Positions 1 to 10,660 are shown, counted from the stretch's first letter. The stretch is 64,000 nucleotides of DNA from Candidatus Electryonea clarkiae (GCA_030765455.1 JAVCCM010000166.1:55835-119834), one strand, 5' to 3'. The notes: generated by a model not told the origin, from the letters alone. Translations and numbers: made by a program.

Positions 1-383
1 ACTATTATGCAAACCTGTATGCAAGTCATAATACTGCCGAGGGTGAATCAGTCATTTCAATCGAGGTAAGCGTTGAGTTGGGAGTAACCGGTAATGAGAA
101 TCTTGAATCTTTGCCTGAAAATTTTGCATTACACAAACCTTATCCGAACCCATTCAACTCTACCAGCCTGATCAGGTTTGACGTGCCTTATACAACCTCG
201 CTGCATATTGCTGTTTACGATATTCTTGGACGTGAGGTAACGACATTGCTTGATGACAATATGACTCCGGGCAGACATGGGGTTAAATTCGATGGCTCAC
301 ATCTATCGAGCGGTATCTATTTTGTGAAAATGCTGGCAGGTAATGACTTTAGCCAAACCACGAAGATTGTATTATTGAAATAA
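1..383 (+). CDS. C-terminal fragment of a T9SS sorting-domain protein (gene starts upstream of the window)
   Basis: Frame is open from position 3. The tail ...LPENFALHKPYPNPFNSTSL...VYDILGREV...GSHLSSGIYFVKM...KIVLLK matches the Por/T9SS C-terminal domain consensus and resembles the CTDs of the genes at 49018-56829. Confidence 0.6.
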   Translation, partial: YYANLYASHNTAEGESVISIEVSVELGVTGNENLESLPENFALHKPYPNPFNSTSLIRFDVPYTTSLHIAVYDILGREVTTLLDDNMTPGRHGVKFDGSHLSSGIYFVKMLAGNDFSQTTKIVLLK

Positions 384-583
384 TTGTTGCATTTCAGAAA
401 CTTTGACACAATATATATAATTGTTTACTGATCCCGGAAATATTCCGGGATCTTCTCATTTTACCAATCATGGTTAAGCGATTTTGGTTCGCCATTGTGT
501 ATTATGCCCTTTTGAGAGATTCGAACTTACAGTTCACATAAGAATCTGTCGATAATATATAAAAGCACAGTAAAGGATACGAC

Positions 584-865
584 ATGAGTGAAATAATTTC
601 ATCCGGGTCAGCAAATAAATCTGCACACAGTTCGCATAACGTGGAAGCGAAACCGGATAATAAACCGATGGAATCTGATGAAACAAAATCAAAGAAAGCC
701 AAATCCTTGCTGAAGGTAGAAGCGCGCACACCGGTCAATGCGATGAAAGACTACGGTGCAGATGACATTCCACGACAGGAAAAAGCAGAGGAAGCAATCC
801 GTCAACATTTCAGGGATATTTCCAACAGATTATCGGACAATAATAAAATTGACAGAAAGGCATAA
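584..865 (+). CDS. small hydrophilic hypothetical protein (93 aa, Lys/Glu/Ser-rich)
   Basis: ATG sits 7 nt after an AAAGGA RBS-like hexamer. No recognisable domain. Overlapping minus-strand ORFs are shorter and lack an RBS. Confidence 0.35.
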   Translation: MSEIISSGSANKSAHSSHNVEAKPDNKPMESDETKSKKAKSLLKVEARTPVNAMKDYGADDIPRQEKAEEAIRQHFRDISNRLSDNNKIDRKA

Positions 866-1011
866 AATCCAACCTTCGCTTACTGCCAATTTAATAAAAC
901 TATCTTGCGAAGCTTAACATCTCCTTCTTATAAATGCATAGTACTTTCTTATACAATTACATAAACAGAAAATAGCTCTAACAAAAATTAGAGCTATTTG
1001 CAATAATGTCA

Positions 1012-1100
<89 letters not shown>

Positions 1101-1248
1101 ATGAAGCGGAAGAATATACTTCTCTGAATTAATAACGGCAATTCATCAAACGATATTGAGAGAAACTGTGATCATTGTTTCTCTCAGAAATCCTGTTAGA
1201 ATTAGTAAATATGGATAATAGATTATTCGGGAATTACGATAAGACTCG

Positions 1249-1278
1249 AAACGCCGGATATGTAAAATATCCGGCGTT
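1249..1278 (-). terminator. hairpin aacgccggata-N7-tatccggcgtt downstream of the paralog A1 stop
   Basis: 11-bp perfect stem seen directly, located between the A1 stop (1311) and the tRNA. Confidence 0.45.
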
Positions 1279-1310
1279 CCAATGAAACTTGCATACCTGA
1301 AAATCAAAAA

Positions 1311-4061
1311 TCATTTCACATACATCAACTTCCGTATTTCACGGAATCCGGTGTTTGAAGTTACGTTTAACAGGTATAATCCTGCCGGATGGTTGGTTGC
1401 GTTCCAGTTCAGGCGATGGTATCCGGCATTAAGGCTGCCATTATGTAAAGTTGCGACACTTTGACCAAGAACGTTAATGATTTCCGTATGCACCTCTGCA
1501 ATTTGCGGTACAGCTAAAACAACACTGACCGTAGGATTGAAGGGATTCGGATAAGTTGCAGCGACAGCCCACTCGGTCGGGATACCTGAAAATTCACGGT
1601 CACCTACTAAAGTTATATCCCAGATTACCTCAACTTCATTTGATTCAGGTGTTTCACCCTCATCGTAAATTGCTGTAACAGCATATACATAGGTGTATGA
1701 CTCATACTCACCGGGATTGGGATCTTCAATTTTCTCATTCCATGAGTTTTGCTGAGTATTACCGATATGTTCATCGTCACGGTAAATCTTGAACCTGACA
1801 AAGTCATCGAGATGTTCATGTGTCCATGAAAGTGTCACCTCAAGTTGAAGTGGATCACCGGGAACCACCTCCTGGGCAGAGGTTAAATCAGATGGCGCGT
1901 CAATATTGATCCTTTCGATATCCGCCTGGTCGTTCGGGATGAGTCGTAGCCCCTGGCGTGAAAGACTGATTACACCGGTGAATGTTCCCCAATCATCAGC
2001 TGAGAAAGCGGATAGGTCGAGGTTCGCTGTCCCTGTTATCTGGACTTCACATTGACCGGAGCCGTCATTAACTACCAGTGAATAAGTACCATCTCCGGGA
2101 TCACGGTTAATCTGTCCGTTGATCTGCGCCCAGGTTCCTTCACGTTGACCGTTTGTGCTCATGTCACCGGTAGGCTCCACCAACGGTTCTGGCAAAGCAT
2201 TGTCGTTGCTGGTAACAGTAATCTCGAAATTCGTAATCCTGGTAATATCATCAACATCCAGAAGATAGCCGACAACCTCAACTGCATCGCCGCGCATTAT
2301 TTCAGTCTCAGCATCCCAGGGTGCATCAGCCCATACCTGGATACCCCAATCGGAATCGTCCTGAATGTAGATATTTGTGTGAGATGTGTCTGTAAGGTTA
2401 GTTCCCTGGGTAACAATGCCGGTCGTCAAGACCCATGTCTCAGGATCCTGTGTAGTCTGGAGTTGTTCAACAGTACGCTCGAAAATGGGTGTTAGCTCAA
2501 AATCCCGAACATTCTCACGTGTATGACTAATCGTAACATTTTCTGTATCGGAAGGAGCGTAACCGGCAAGACTGGCGACAACTCCGAAAGTTTCACCACT
2601 GTGCAATGCCAGGGCTATATAACTACCAAGATCATCAGTTTGAACTTCCCGAACAGTATCACCCAACTCATCAATCACGACAATATCTACGCCTACTAAT
2701 ACTTCCTCGGTGATCTCGTCTATGACATTTCCAGTCAGATCGCCGGACAGGATATCGATTGCAAAATCAAGCTCAGTGTCACCATCTTCTACCTCGAGAG
2801 TATCCAGGTATTCGAAATATCCCTCTGCTTCAATTAATAGCTCATTCGTCCCAGCTCGCATATCGATAAACTCATAAAGTCCATCTTCATCGGAGGTATC
2901 TATTTGGACACTCCAACTGATGACGGCGCCTGCAACCGGTTCTTCAGTTTCAGAATCGTAAATAATACCACTCATGGTAGCGAGAGGAGTAATCTCGATA
3001 TCAATATCGTTTTCCCCAGTTTCAATTTCTACTACTGCACTGTAGGGATAATAATGCTCTTTCCGGACTCCTATAACCATATTGTCACCGGACATTGCTT
3101 CTTCAACTAAATAATTACCATCATCATCAGTAGTTACAGGTGCTGAAAGCAGTATGGCAACAGTAGCCTCTGCCACGCCATCGCCTGTCTCGGAATCAGT
3201 CACGGTTCCGGATACAGATGCATCACGTTCCATCCCTCCGGTGTAATAAAGAATAGCGGATTCTGCATCAGGCATCTCATTAGTGTTATTAAATGCGTAT
3301 TCGAGACCATCGGTACCGTTCGAGTTTTCAATACCAATAGTACAGCTTGTCATATCAATATTATTATCAAACGACTGGTACTGCATTGTGATAAAACCGT
3401 TTTCATAAAGAATTATCTCGCAGTTAAGAGAGCCGTTTCCTAATTCACGATAATCCACAAGCTGAACAATAAGTGTATTGTCACCTATAGTTTGATAGAA
3501 TGCTTCTCCATTGGTGCCACTGTCAGGATTCATGTCGTCCCAGAAATAGAAGATACAGTTGTTTGGAGTACCTGCAGACGGGATAGTTTCATTTGAATAA
3601 TCATATCTTTGATCATTAAAACTGATATGACCATTAGAATCAAAGCGGAACTGGGTATATTCATTGTCATAATATGGGAATGTAAATCCTACATTATATG
3701 GTCCGACGACAATGTCATCGCTCAAGCCCAATATCTCCGTACCGGTTTCGCTGATGTCAACCCACTCATAGATGGGACCGCCATCCTCTTCGCTGTCAAT
3801 AAAATAATAGCCATAATCGTCAGGACCGCCCGTTCTGTCAAGTTCACCATAGGTGCCCTGTGATGGATCACGGATTAATCCTTCAGCTTTGAGTAGTTGC
3901 CTCTGGCTGTCGTTAATTACTTGTCCGCTCTCAAAAGCGGCTTTTGCATTTTCAACAGCTTGATAATACTTCGCTTTTTCAGGACTCATCTCAGATGCAA
4001 AACCAGTTGATACTAACATTACTGCTAAAAAAAGAGAAAGAATCCAATACAGATTCTTCAT
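1311..4061 (-). CDS. T9SS-sorted large secreted protein, paralog A1 (signal peptide; NIDO-like FPYY...SNG motif; carboxypeptidase-regulatory-like beta-sandwich; FN3-like region; T9SS CTD)
   Basis: Strong RBS GGGAGGAAAACATG. The N-terminus MKNLYWILSLFLAV is a signal peptide. The C-terminal approx. 450 aa are approx. 90% identical to A3 and A4. The CTD reads YPNPFNPTVSV...GLYLLNV...KLMYVK. Confidence 0.85.
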   Translation of the reverse strand: MKNLYWILSLFLAVMLVSTGFASEMSPEKAKYYQAVENAKAAFESGQVINDSQRQLLKAEGLIRDPSQGTYGELDRTGGPDDYGYYFIDSEEDGGPIYEWVDISETGTEILGLSDDIVVGPYNVGFTFPYYDNEYTQFRFDSNGHISFNDQRYDYSNETIPSAGTPNNCIFYFWDDMNPDSGTNGEAFYQTIGDNTLIVQLVDYRELGNGSLNCEIILYENGFITMQYQSFDNNIDMTSCTIGIENSNGTDGLEYAFNNTNEMPDAESAILYYTGGMERDASVSGTVTDSETGDGVAEATVAILLSAPVTTDDDGNYLVEEAMSGDNMVIGVRKEHYYPYSAVVEIETGENDIDIEITPLATMSGIIYDSETEEPVAGAVISWSVQIDTSDEDGLYEFIDMRAGTNELLIEAEGYFEYLDTLEVEDGDTELDFAIDILSGDLTGNVIDEITEEVLVGVDIVVIDELGDTVREVQTDDLGSYIALALHSGETFGVVASLAGYAPSDTENVTISHTRENVRDFELTPIFERTVEQLQTTQDPETWVLTTGIVTQGTNLTDTSHTNIYIQDDSDWGIQVWADAPWDAETEIMRGDAVEVVGYLLDVDDITRITNFEITVTSNDNALPEPLVEPTGDMSTNGQREGTWAQINGQINRDPGDGTYSLVVNDGSGQCEVQITGTANLDLSAFSADDWGTFTGVISLSRQGLRLIPNDQADIERINIDAPSDLTSAQEVVPGDPLQLEVTLSWTHEHLDDFVRFKIYRDDEHIGNTQQNSWNEKIEDPNPGEYESYTYVYAVTAIYDEGETPESNEVEVIWDITLVGDREFSGIPTEWAVAATYPNPFNPTVSVVLAVPQIAEVHTEIINVLGQSVATLHNGSLNAGYHRLNWNATNHPAGLYLLNVTSNTGFREIRKLMYVK

Positions 4062-4293
4062 GTTTTCCTCCCGATCAAAATTAAAATTAATGTGAAATAA
4101 ATCTCAAAGCATCATGTATCCCAATAAGTATGTTCAGAACCGAAATTTCCTATCATATAAAAATAGTATCATGGTTCTTGATATACAATACCAAGCTGAA
4201 AATTTCTCCATTGGAAATAGTCAGATAGAACACAAGAGCGCCGACACAAAATACTGGTGCTCAAATGTCGAAAACATGAAAAACTTAATGTTT

Positions 4294-7035
4294 TTATTTG
4301 ATATACATCAACTTACGTATATCAGAGAATCCGTAATTGGAGGATACCCTGAGGAAATACAACCCAGCCGGATGGTTGGTTGCATTCCAGTTAAGCCGAT
4401 GGTATCCAGGCGTAAGGCTGCCCTGCTGGAGAATCGCGACATGTTGACCAAGAATGTTTATGATATCGGTTTGGACTTCTTCGATGTGAGGAACCGCGAC
4501 CACAATGCTCACCATGGGGTTGAACGGATTTGGATATATTGCTTCAAGCGCCCATTCAGTCGGAACACCAGACCACGGGATATCTTTAACAGAATCATAA
4601 GGCCAAATTACTTCAACCTCATTTGATTCCTCGGTTTCGCCTTCATCATAAACTGCTGTGACGATATAAAACCAAGTGTAAGGTGAGTATTCGCCTGGGT
4701 CTGGCTCAGTAATGTATTCTGTCCATGTAGGTTGCTCAGAATTACCCACATGTTCATCGTCACGATATATCTTAAATCTAATAAAATCATCAAGATTCTC
4801 ATGTGACCAGTTCAAGGTGACTTCAAGTTGTAAAGTATCACCTTCTATTAACTCGGTAGTTGCATACAAATCCGTTGGGGCGTTAAGAGCAATCCTATCT
4901 ATGTCATCTTGATGATTTGGTATTATCCGTAATCCCTGGCGTGAAAGGCTGATGACGCCGGTAAATACTCCCCAGTCGTCTGCCACGAAACCTGAAAGAT
5001 CGAGGTTGGCTTCACCACTTATCCTGACTTCGCATTGCCCTGAACCGTCATCAACAACAAGAGTGTATGTTCCCTCTCCCGGAGGATCACGGTTGATCAG
5101 TCCCTTGATCTGTGCCCAGGTTCCTTCTCGCTCATCCATAGTACTCATGATCCCGGTAGAATCGGCAAGTGGGTCAGGTAAAGGAATATCGACATTGATA
5201 ATTTCATGATTGAAATTTATAAGTTGCGCAATATCACCAGATTCAACGTAATAACCGATAACTACCAGTTCATCGCCACGGTTGATATTTTGTTCAGGAT
5301 CCCAGGGATCATCATCCCAGAGCTGAATACCCCAGCCCGAATCATCCTGGATGTAAATGTTGGTATGCGCAGTATCGACGGAATTCGTTCCCTGGATAAC
5401 TATACCTGTTGTTTGAACCCAGGTTTCCTCTTCCTGTTCGTTCTGGATTTGTTCAATGGTGCGTTCGAAAACGGGAGTCAGTTCAAAATCCTCAGTGTTC
5501 TCACGTTCAAAACTGATTAATACCTCAGCAGTATCTGATGGTGCATATCCTGTCAAGCTTGCGATTAGCCTGTAGGTGACGTCGCTATGTAAAGCGGGGG
5601 CAATATATTCACCCAATTCATTAGTCTGAACCACCCTGTGAGTTTCACCTGTTTCTGAATTGATGCATTCAACGTTAGCTCCTTCGAGGACGTCCTCTGT
5701 GAGTTCATCAATTACAGTACCGGTCAGGTCGGCAGAGAGAAAATCTATGCCGATATCAGCCTCATTGTCACCATCCACAACCTCAAATGTTGAATCTGAA
5801 TAATCGAAATAATCTTCAGCAACAATCCTCAGTATGTTGATCCCGGTATTCAAATCGATCAATGAGTAATTACCTTCTTCATCAGATGTATCAACATCGA
5901 CTCCCCAGGTAAGTATTGCGCCATCAACAGGATCTTCAGTCTCGGAATCATAGATTATTCCACTAAGAGTCGCCATTGGAGTGATTTCAAAATCATAAGC
6001 ATTATCGCCGGGATCAATATCAATAAACTCAGTATAAACGTAATAATGTTCTTTGTGAATAGTCACTATCACATCTTCACCGGAACGTACCTCGTCAATA
6101 AAATAATTGCCGTCTTCATCAGTCGTATCAGGATCAGCGCCTACCATCCCGACTATAGCGCCTTCTATTTCATCCTCAGTTTCCGAGTCAATAACAGTAC
6201 CGGATACATTTGCATCTGGAAGTGGGAGGTAGATAGAAATTGCCAGTTCATCCGAGGGATAATTATTGGCGTTGTAATTGATTCGTAGTCCCACATTACC
6301 CTGGTGATTTTCTATCCCGATTGTATTGGAAGTCACAGTCATAGTTATTTCTTGATACTGGAACTTTATATGCCCGGTGGGATAAAGGATTACCTGCATA
6401 GTGATTGTTCCTGGACCGGTATGTCGAGCAACCTGGTGATATTGAATGGTCATATGAGTTTCATCACCTTCATAGTATATCTCACCGCCATCAGAGGGAT
6501 CCAGGTCATCCCAGAAAGGTGCAATCAGGTAATTGGGTGTGGGAGCATTGGGAATAATCTGATTTGTAAAACTGGTCCCCTGTCCCGATGAAAGGGCAAT
6601 AAATCCATTAGAGCACACCCAGAACCGGTCATAGACTCTTCCATAAAAAGGGAAATTAAAATCAAGGTTGAACGATCCTCGCGACTGGTCATCACCGGTT
6701 ATATTGCAATCATCACCTGTGTCTGAAATATCATTCCAATCGTACTCCGGACCGCCATCTTCGTTACTGTCAATGTAGCTGTAACCGAATGCATCAGGAC
6801 CTCCCATCCGGTCTAACTCATTATGTGATCTCTTAACAGTGCCCGGAATAATACCCTCAGCGATTAAAAGCTCTTCTTGAGCGATACTTATGGGCAATCC
6901 GTTTTCGAAAGCATATTTTGCTTTATCTATCTGCAAGTAATAATGATTCTTATCGATATAATCGTCAGAGCAGAATCCCGTTGACGTCATTATTAATAAA
7001 CAGCAAATTGTCAGTGCGAAACAATTTTTCAACAT
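4294..7035 (-). CDS. T9SS-sorted large secreted protein, paralog A2 (the most diverged member of family A)
   Basis: Same architecture as A1 (ELDRMGGPDAFGYSYIDSNEDGGPEYDWNDIS, FNFPFYG...SNG, conserved CTD). The ORF runs to 7092, but the ATG at 7035 (MLKNCFALTICCLL...) follows an AGGAT RBS and starts a signal peptide. Confidence 0.8.
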   Translation of the reverse strand: MLKNCFALTICCLLIMTSTGFCSDDYIDKNHYYLQIDKAKYAFENGLPISIAQEELLIAEGIIPGTVKRSHNELDRMGGPDAFGYSYIDSNEDGGPEYDWNDISDTGDDCNITGDDQSRGSFNLDFNFPFYGRVYDRFWVCSNGFIALSSGQGTSFTNQIIPNAPTPNYLIAPFWDDLDPSDGGEIYYEGDETHMTIQYHQVARHTGPGTITMQVILYPTGHIKFQYQEITMTVTSNTIGIENHQGNVGLRINYNANNYPSDELAISIYLPLPDANVSGTVIDSETEDEIEGAIVGMVGADPDTTDEDGNYFIDEVRSGEDVIVTIHKEHYYVYTEFIDIDPGDNAYDFEITPMATLSGIIYDSETEDPVDGAILTWGVDVDTSDEEGNYSLIDLNTGINILRIVAEDYFDYSDSTFEVVDGDNEADIGIDFLSADLTGTVIDELTEDVLEGANVECINSETGETHRVVQTNELGEYIAPALHSDVTYRLIASLTGYAPSDTAEVLISFERENTEDFELTPVFERTIEQIQNEQEEETWVQTTGIVIQGTNSVDTAHTNIYIQDDSGWGIQLWDDDPWDPEQNINRGDELVVIGYYVESGDIAQLINFNHEIINVDIPLPDPLADSTGIMSTMDEREGTWAQIKGLINRDPPGEGTYTLVVDDGSGQCEVRISGEANLDLSGFVADDWGVFTGVISLSRQGLRIIPNHQDDIDRIALNAPTDLYATTELIEGDTLQLEVTLNWSHENLDDFIRFKIYRDDEHVGNSEQPTWTEYITEPDPGEYSPYTWFYIVTAVYDEGETEESNEVEVIWPYDSVKDIPWSGVPTEWALEAIYPNPFNPMVSIVVAVPHIEEVQTDIINILGQHVAILQQGSLTPGYHRLNWNATNHPAGLYFLRVSSNYGFSDIRKLMYIK

Positions 7036-7282
7036 ATCCCTAATCCTCAAACATTGAAAACAATAGGTTGCACCATGAAATAAGTAATGCAATAATCATC
7101 ATATTAATAATATATAATTAAACAACCTTGAAAACCAAAAAAATCCAGGAGTTTTTGAGATAAAAAGAAAAACCACGAAGCAAACGGAGAATTCGCGAAG
7201 GACACTAAGAAGTTCTTTGTGATCTTTGCGGCTGCTTTGTGCTCTCTGTGGTTAGAGAAAAACCAGGAACACTCCAGGAATG

Positions 7283-7311
7283 AAAAAACGCCGGTCAACC
7301 TGTGACCGGCG
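7283..7311 (-). terminator. rho-independent terminator of paralog A3 (cgccggtca-N5-tgaccggcg plus a T-run on the minus strand)
   Basis: 9-bp GC-rich stem with an A6 run on the plus strand immediately 5' of it (a T-run on the coding strand), 40 nt after the A3 stop. Confidence 0.55.
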
Positions 7312-7351
7312 CTATGAGTACACTTAAAATTAGTTGTTATTTCAAGTACTA

Positions 7352-10300
7352 CTATTTTATAAACATTAGCTTTCGCACTTCGGCAAATCCGGCGTTGGTT
7401 GTAATTTTCAAGAAATAAAGACCGGTTGGATTACCTGTAGCATTCCATCCAAAACGATGATAAGCAGCGCCCAATTCTCCGTTATGCAGGACATTTACCC
7501 TCCGCCCAAGGATATCGATTATCTCGGCAGTCACGTTTGAGGTCTGCGGGACACCCAAAATTACATGAAGTGTCGGGTTGAATGGATTTGGATATACCGC
7601 TTCCAGAGCCCATTCAGTCGGGATTCCGGAATATGGACGTTCATGAACTAAGGTAATATCCCATATAACCTCAACTTCATTTGATTCAGGTGTTTCACCC
7701 TCATCGTAAATTGCTGTAACAGCATATACGTAGGTGTAAGAAGCAAATTCACCGGGATTGGGATCTTCAATTTTCTCATTCCAGGAGTTTTGCTGGGTGT
7801 TACCGATATGTTCATCATCACGGTAGATCTTGAACCTGATAAAATCATCAAGGTGATCATGTGCCCACGAAAGTGTTACATCAAGTTGAAGCGGATCGCC
7901 GGGAACCACCTCCTGCTCAGAAGTCAAATCAGAGGGAGCGTTTATGTTAATCCGTTCAATATCAGCCTGATCGTTCGGGATGAGTCGCAGCCCCTGGCGT
8001 GACAGACTGATTACACCGGTGAAGGTTCCCCAATCATTTGCTGAGAAAGCGGAAAGGTCAAGGTTAGCTGTCCCTGATATCTGGACTTCGCATTGACCGG
8101 AGCCATCATTCACTACTAGTGTATAAGTACCATCTCCCGGATCACGGTTAATCTGTCCATTGACCTGTGCCCAGGTTCCTTCACGTTGACCGTTTGTACT
8201 CATGTCACCGGTAGGCTCCACCAATGGTTCAGGTAACTGATGATCGCTGCTGATAACCTCGATCTCGAAATTTGTAATCCGGGTAATATCATCCACTTCT
8301 ATTAAATACCCGACAATTTCGACTGAATCACCGCGCACGATTTCAGCCTCGGCATTCCAGGGAGCATCATCCCAGACCTGGATACCCCAATCGGAATCGT
8401 CCTGAATGTAGATGTTAGTATGTGCTGTGTCTGTCACATTCGTGCCCTGGGTGACTATGCCGCTTGTCAAAACCCAGGTTTCAGTATCCTGTTGAGTCTG
8501 CAAATACTCGTTATCACGAGTGAATATAGGCGTCAATTCGAAGTCACGGACATTCTCACGATTATAGCGAATTGTGACAGTTGCCGTATCGGAATTCGCA
8601 TATCCGTTTGCTGAAGCAACAACTAAATACCTGACACCATCATGCAGGGCAAGCGCAGTGTATTCACCAAGCTCGTTGGTCTGGACTTCACGATAAACTT
8701 CATCCATGTTTGCCGGATCAAAACATTGTATGGTAGCGCCGATAAGCAATTCTTCGGTCATCTCATCTGCAATGACTCCTGTCAATGGACCACTGAGAAT
8801 ATCTATCTCGAGATCAATAGTATTGTCACCCGCCTCTATGACCGTATCTTCCATCAGATATTCAAAATAACCTTCATGTTCAATTGTAATTGTATAGTTG
8901 CCGGAATGAATATCTTCAATTGAATAGTTCCCTGATGTGTCGGTCATTGCATCAAAATCAAGGATGTTATCTATATTGTCGAAATGGACGATCACGCTAT
9001 CCAATGGATCCTCTGTCTCTGAATCAATAACCGTCCCGGATACCGAGGCGTCGGAAGGATCGAGATATACGGTAAAATCATCGAAAGTCACGCCGGCATA
9101 ACTGGTTCGAGCGTTGGATGTAAAATTGAACATGAACCACGCGGTTTCACCCTCATATTCAGACAGGTCATAACCAATATAAACCCACTGAGAATCACCT
9201 GTTGTGCCGTTAAAGCAAGGTTGGTTTCCGTTGTCTATGTTACCATTTTCGTCTGTATAATCATCAACCGGTTCGAGCAGATCCCAGGTATCACGATCAT
9301 CTATGGATATCCAGAAATTGTAACCGTCATTTATATCCAGTATATAATACCAGTGCCAGTATCCAACAAAAGCATCAGGCGTGCTGATATCCCAGGTTGT
9401 GGCTGTAAATAATGTGTCCCTGTCGGTTAAACCATAGTTACCACCAATATTTGTTGCCCAGGCAAAGTCACCGGAATGGGCGTCACCGGGTTGAAGCGAT
9501 GGTTCGCCCCACTCCCATAATCTTGCGGAACCGGCTGTCATGAAGAAACCGCGATCATCCTCGAAATCTTCTTCATAGGTTTCATCCTGGGGTGGAGGTA
9601 ATGGGTCCATCTCTACATCGTACGTATTTTCTCCTTCGTCTAATAGAACCTGGTCAAGGAATAGAAAATATCCATCTACGGAAACACCTACATCAAGATC
9701 AAGTCCTGAATATGTTTCATCAATGGAATAATTACCATTACCATCAGTTACATCAGTCCATTGACTGATTCTGACATTAGCGCCTGCAATGGCAGCCCCG
9801 GTTACAGCATCTGTAACAGTACCGGAAACACTTGCATCCGGATCAGGAAGAAATATTCGAATCGCTAATTCCTCAAATGGATAATTGCCCTGATTATAAT
9901 TAATACTAAGCCCTATTGTGCCACTACTATTTTCAATACCTATAGTATTACTATTATCAGGGATCGTAAGCTCTTCATATTGCAAGATAATTTCACCATT
10001 GGGATATAGTATAACCTGGCAGGTGATAACACTATCGTTGAAACTAATATGTCGACAATCATCATATTGGATGACCATTTGAGTTTCATCGCCTTCATAG
10101 TACACTTCGCCACCTCCCGGAGGATAAAGATCATCCCAGAAAGGAGCTATCATATAATTAGGAGCAGCAGTGCTTGGGATAGCTAGATTTGAATATGCTT
10201 GTCCCTGTCCGGTTGCCAGGCTAATCCAGCCATTTGAGCAAACCCAGAATTGATCATAAATATCACCGTAAAATGGGAAATCAAAGTCAATATCAAATGG

Positions 10301-10660
10301 TCCAACATTGTGATCATCATTATTTACACCACAATCTGTTCCGGTATCGCTGATATCAACCCAATCATATTCAGGTCCGTTCTCTTCGTCACTGTCGATA
10401 AAGGAGTATCCGAAATCATCAGGTCCTCCAGACCTGTCAAGTTCATCATAGGTGCCCTGCGATGGATCTCGGATTAGTCCTTCGGCTTTGAGTAATTGCC
10501 TTTGACTATCACTAATTACTCGTCCACTCTCAAAAGCAGCTTTTGCGCTTTCAACAGCTTGATAATACTTCGCTTTTTCAGGACTCATCTCAGATGTAAA
10601 TGCCGTTGATACAAAGAAAACCATTAAAAAAAGCGAAAGAATCCAATTTAGATTCTTCAT
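7352..10660 (-). CDS. T9SS-sorted large secreted protein, paralog A3 (carries an extra approx. 270-aa central insertion and a divergent CTD)
   Basis: RBS GGGAGGAAAACATG is identical to that of A1. The N-terminal 100 aa and the approx. 400 aa before the CTD are near-identical to A1 and A4. The CTD (LHVILGVPQTSNV...KLMFIK) differs. Confidence 0.85.
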   Translation of the reverse strand: MKNLNWILSLFLMVFFVSTAFTSEMSPEKAKYYQAVESAKAAFESGRVISDSQRQLLKAEGLIRDPSQGTYDELDRSGGPDDFGYSFIDSDEENGPEYDWVDISDTGTDCGVNNDDHNVGPFDIDFDFPFYGDIYDQFWVCSNGWISLATGQGQAYSNLAIPSTAAPNYMIAPFWDDLYPPGGGEVYYEGDETQMVIQYDDCRHISFNDSVITCQVILYPNGEIILQYEELTIPDNSNTIGIENSSGTIGLSINYNQGNYPFEELAIRIFLPDPDASVSGTVTDAVTGAAIAGANVRISQWTDVTDGNGNYSIDETYSGLDLDVGVSVDGYFLFLDQVLLDEGENTYDVEMDPLPPPQDETYEEDFEDDRGFFMTAGSARLWEWGEPSLQPGDAHSGDFAWATNIGGNYGLTDRDTLFTATTWDISTPDAFVGYWHWYYILDINDGYNFWISIDDRDTWDLLEPVDDYTDENGNIDNGNQPCFNGTTGDSQWVYIGYDLSEYEGETAWFMFNFTSNARTSYAGVTFDDFTVYLDPSDASVSGTVIDSETEDPLDSVIVHFDNIDNILDFDAMTDTSGNYSIEDIHSGNYTITIEHEGYFEYLMEDTVIEAGDNTIDLEIDILSGPLTGVIADEMTEELLIGATIQCFDPANMDEVYREVQTNELGEYTALALHDGVRYLVVASANGYANSDTATVTIRYNRENVRDFELTPIFTRDNEYLQTQQDTETWVLTSGIVTQGTNVTDTAHTNIYIQDDSDWGIQVWDDAPWNAEAEIVRGDSVEIVGYLIEVDDITRITNFEIEVISSDHQLPEPLVEPTGDMSTNGQREGTWAQVNGQINRDPGDGTYTLVVNDGSGQCEVQISGTANLDLSAFSANDWGTFTGVISLSRQGLRLIPNDQADIERININAPSDLTSEQEVVPGDPLQLDVTLSWAHDHLDDFIRFKIYRDDEHIGNTQQNSWNEKIEDPNPGEFASYTYVYAVTAIYDEGETPESNEVEVIWDITLVHERPYSGIPTEWALEAVYPNPFNPTLHVILGVPQTSNVTAEIIDILGRRVNVLHNGELGAAYHRFGWNATGNPTGLYFLKITTNAGFAEVRKLMFIK

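Noticed and set aside
502-738. Minus-strand ORFs 502-738 and 534-731 overlapping the small + ORF
   Set aside because: They are short, have no RBS, and one encodes a Cys/Leu-rich low-complexity peptide typical of antisense noise.
1625-1819. Conserved antisense ORFs inside the paralogs (1625-1819, 4608-4802, 7648-7860) with near-identical predicted peptides MNISMTLSGSR...KHLNQMKLR
   Set aside because: They lie on the strand opposite the near-identical 3' portions of the family A genes. Their conservation is an automatic consequence of the sense-strand identity. No RBS is present.
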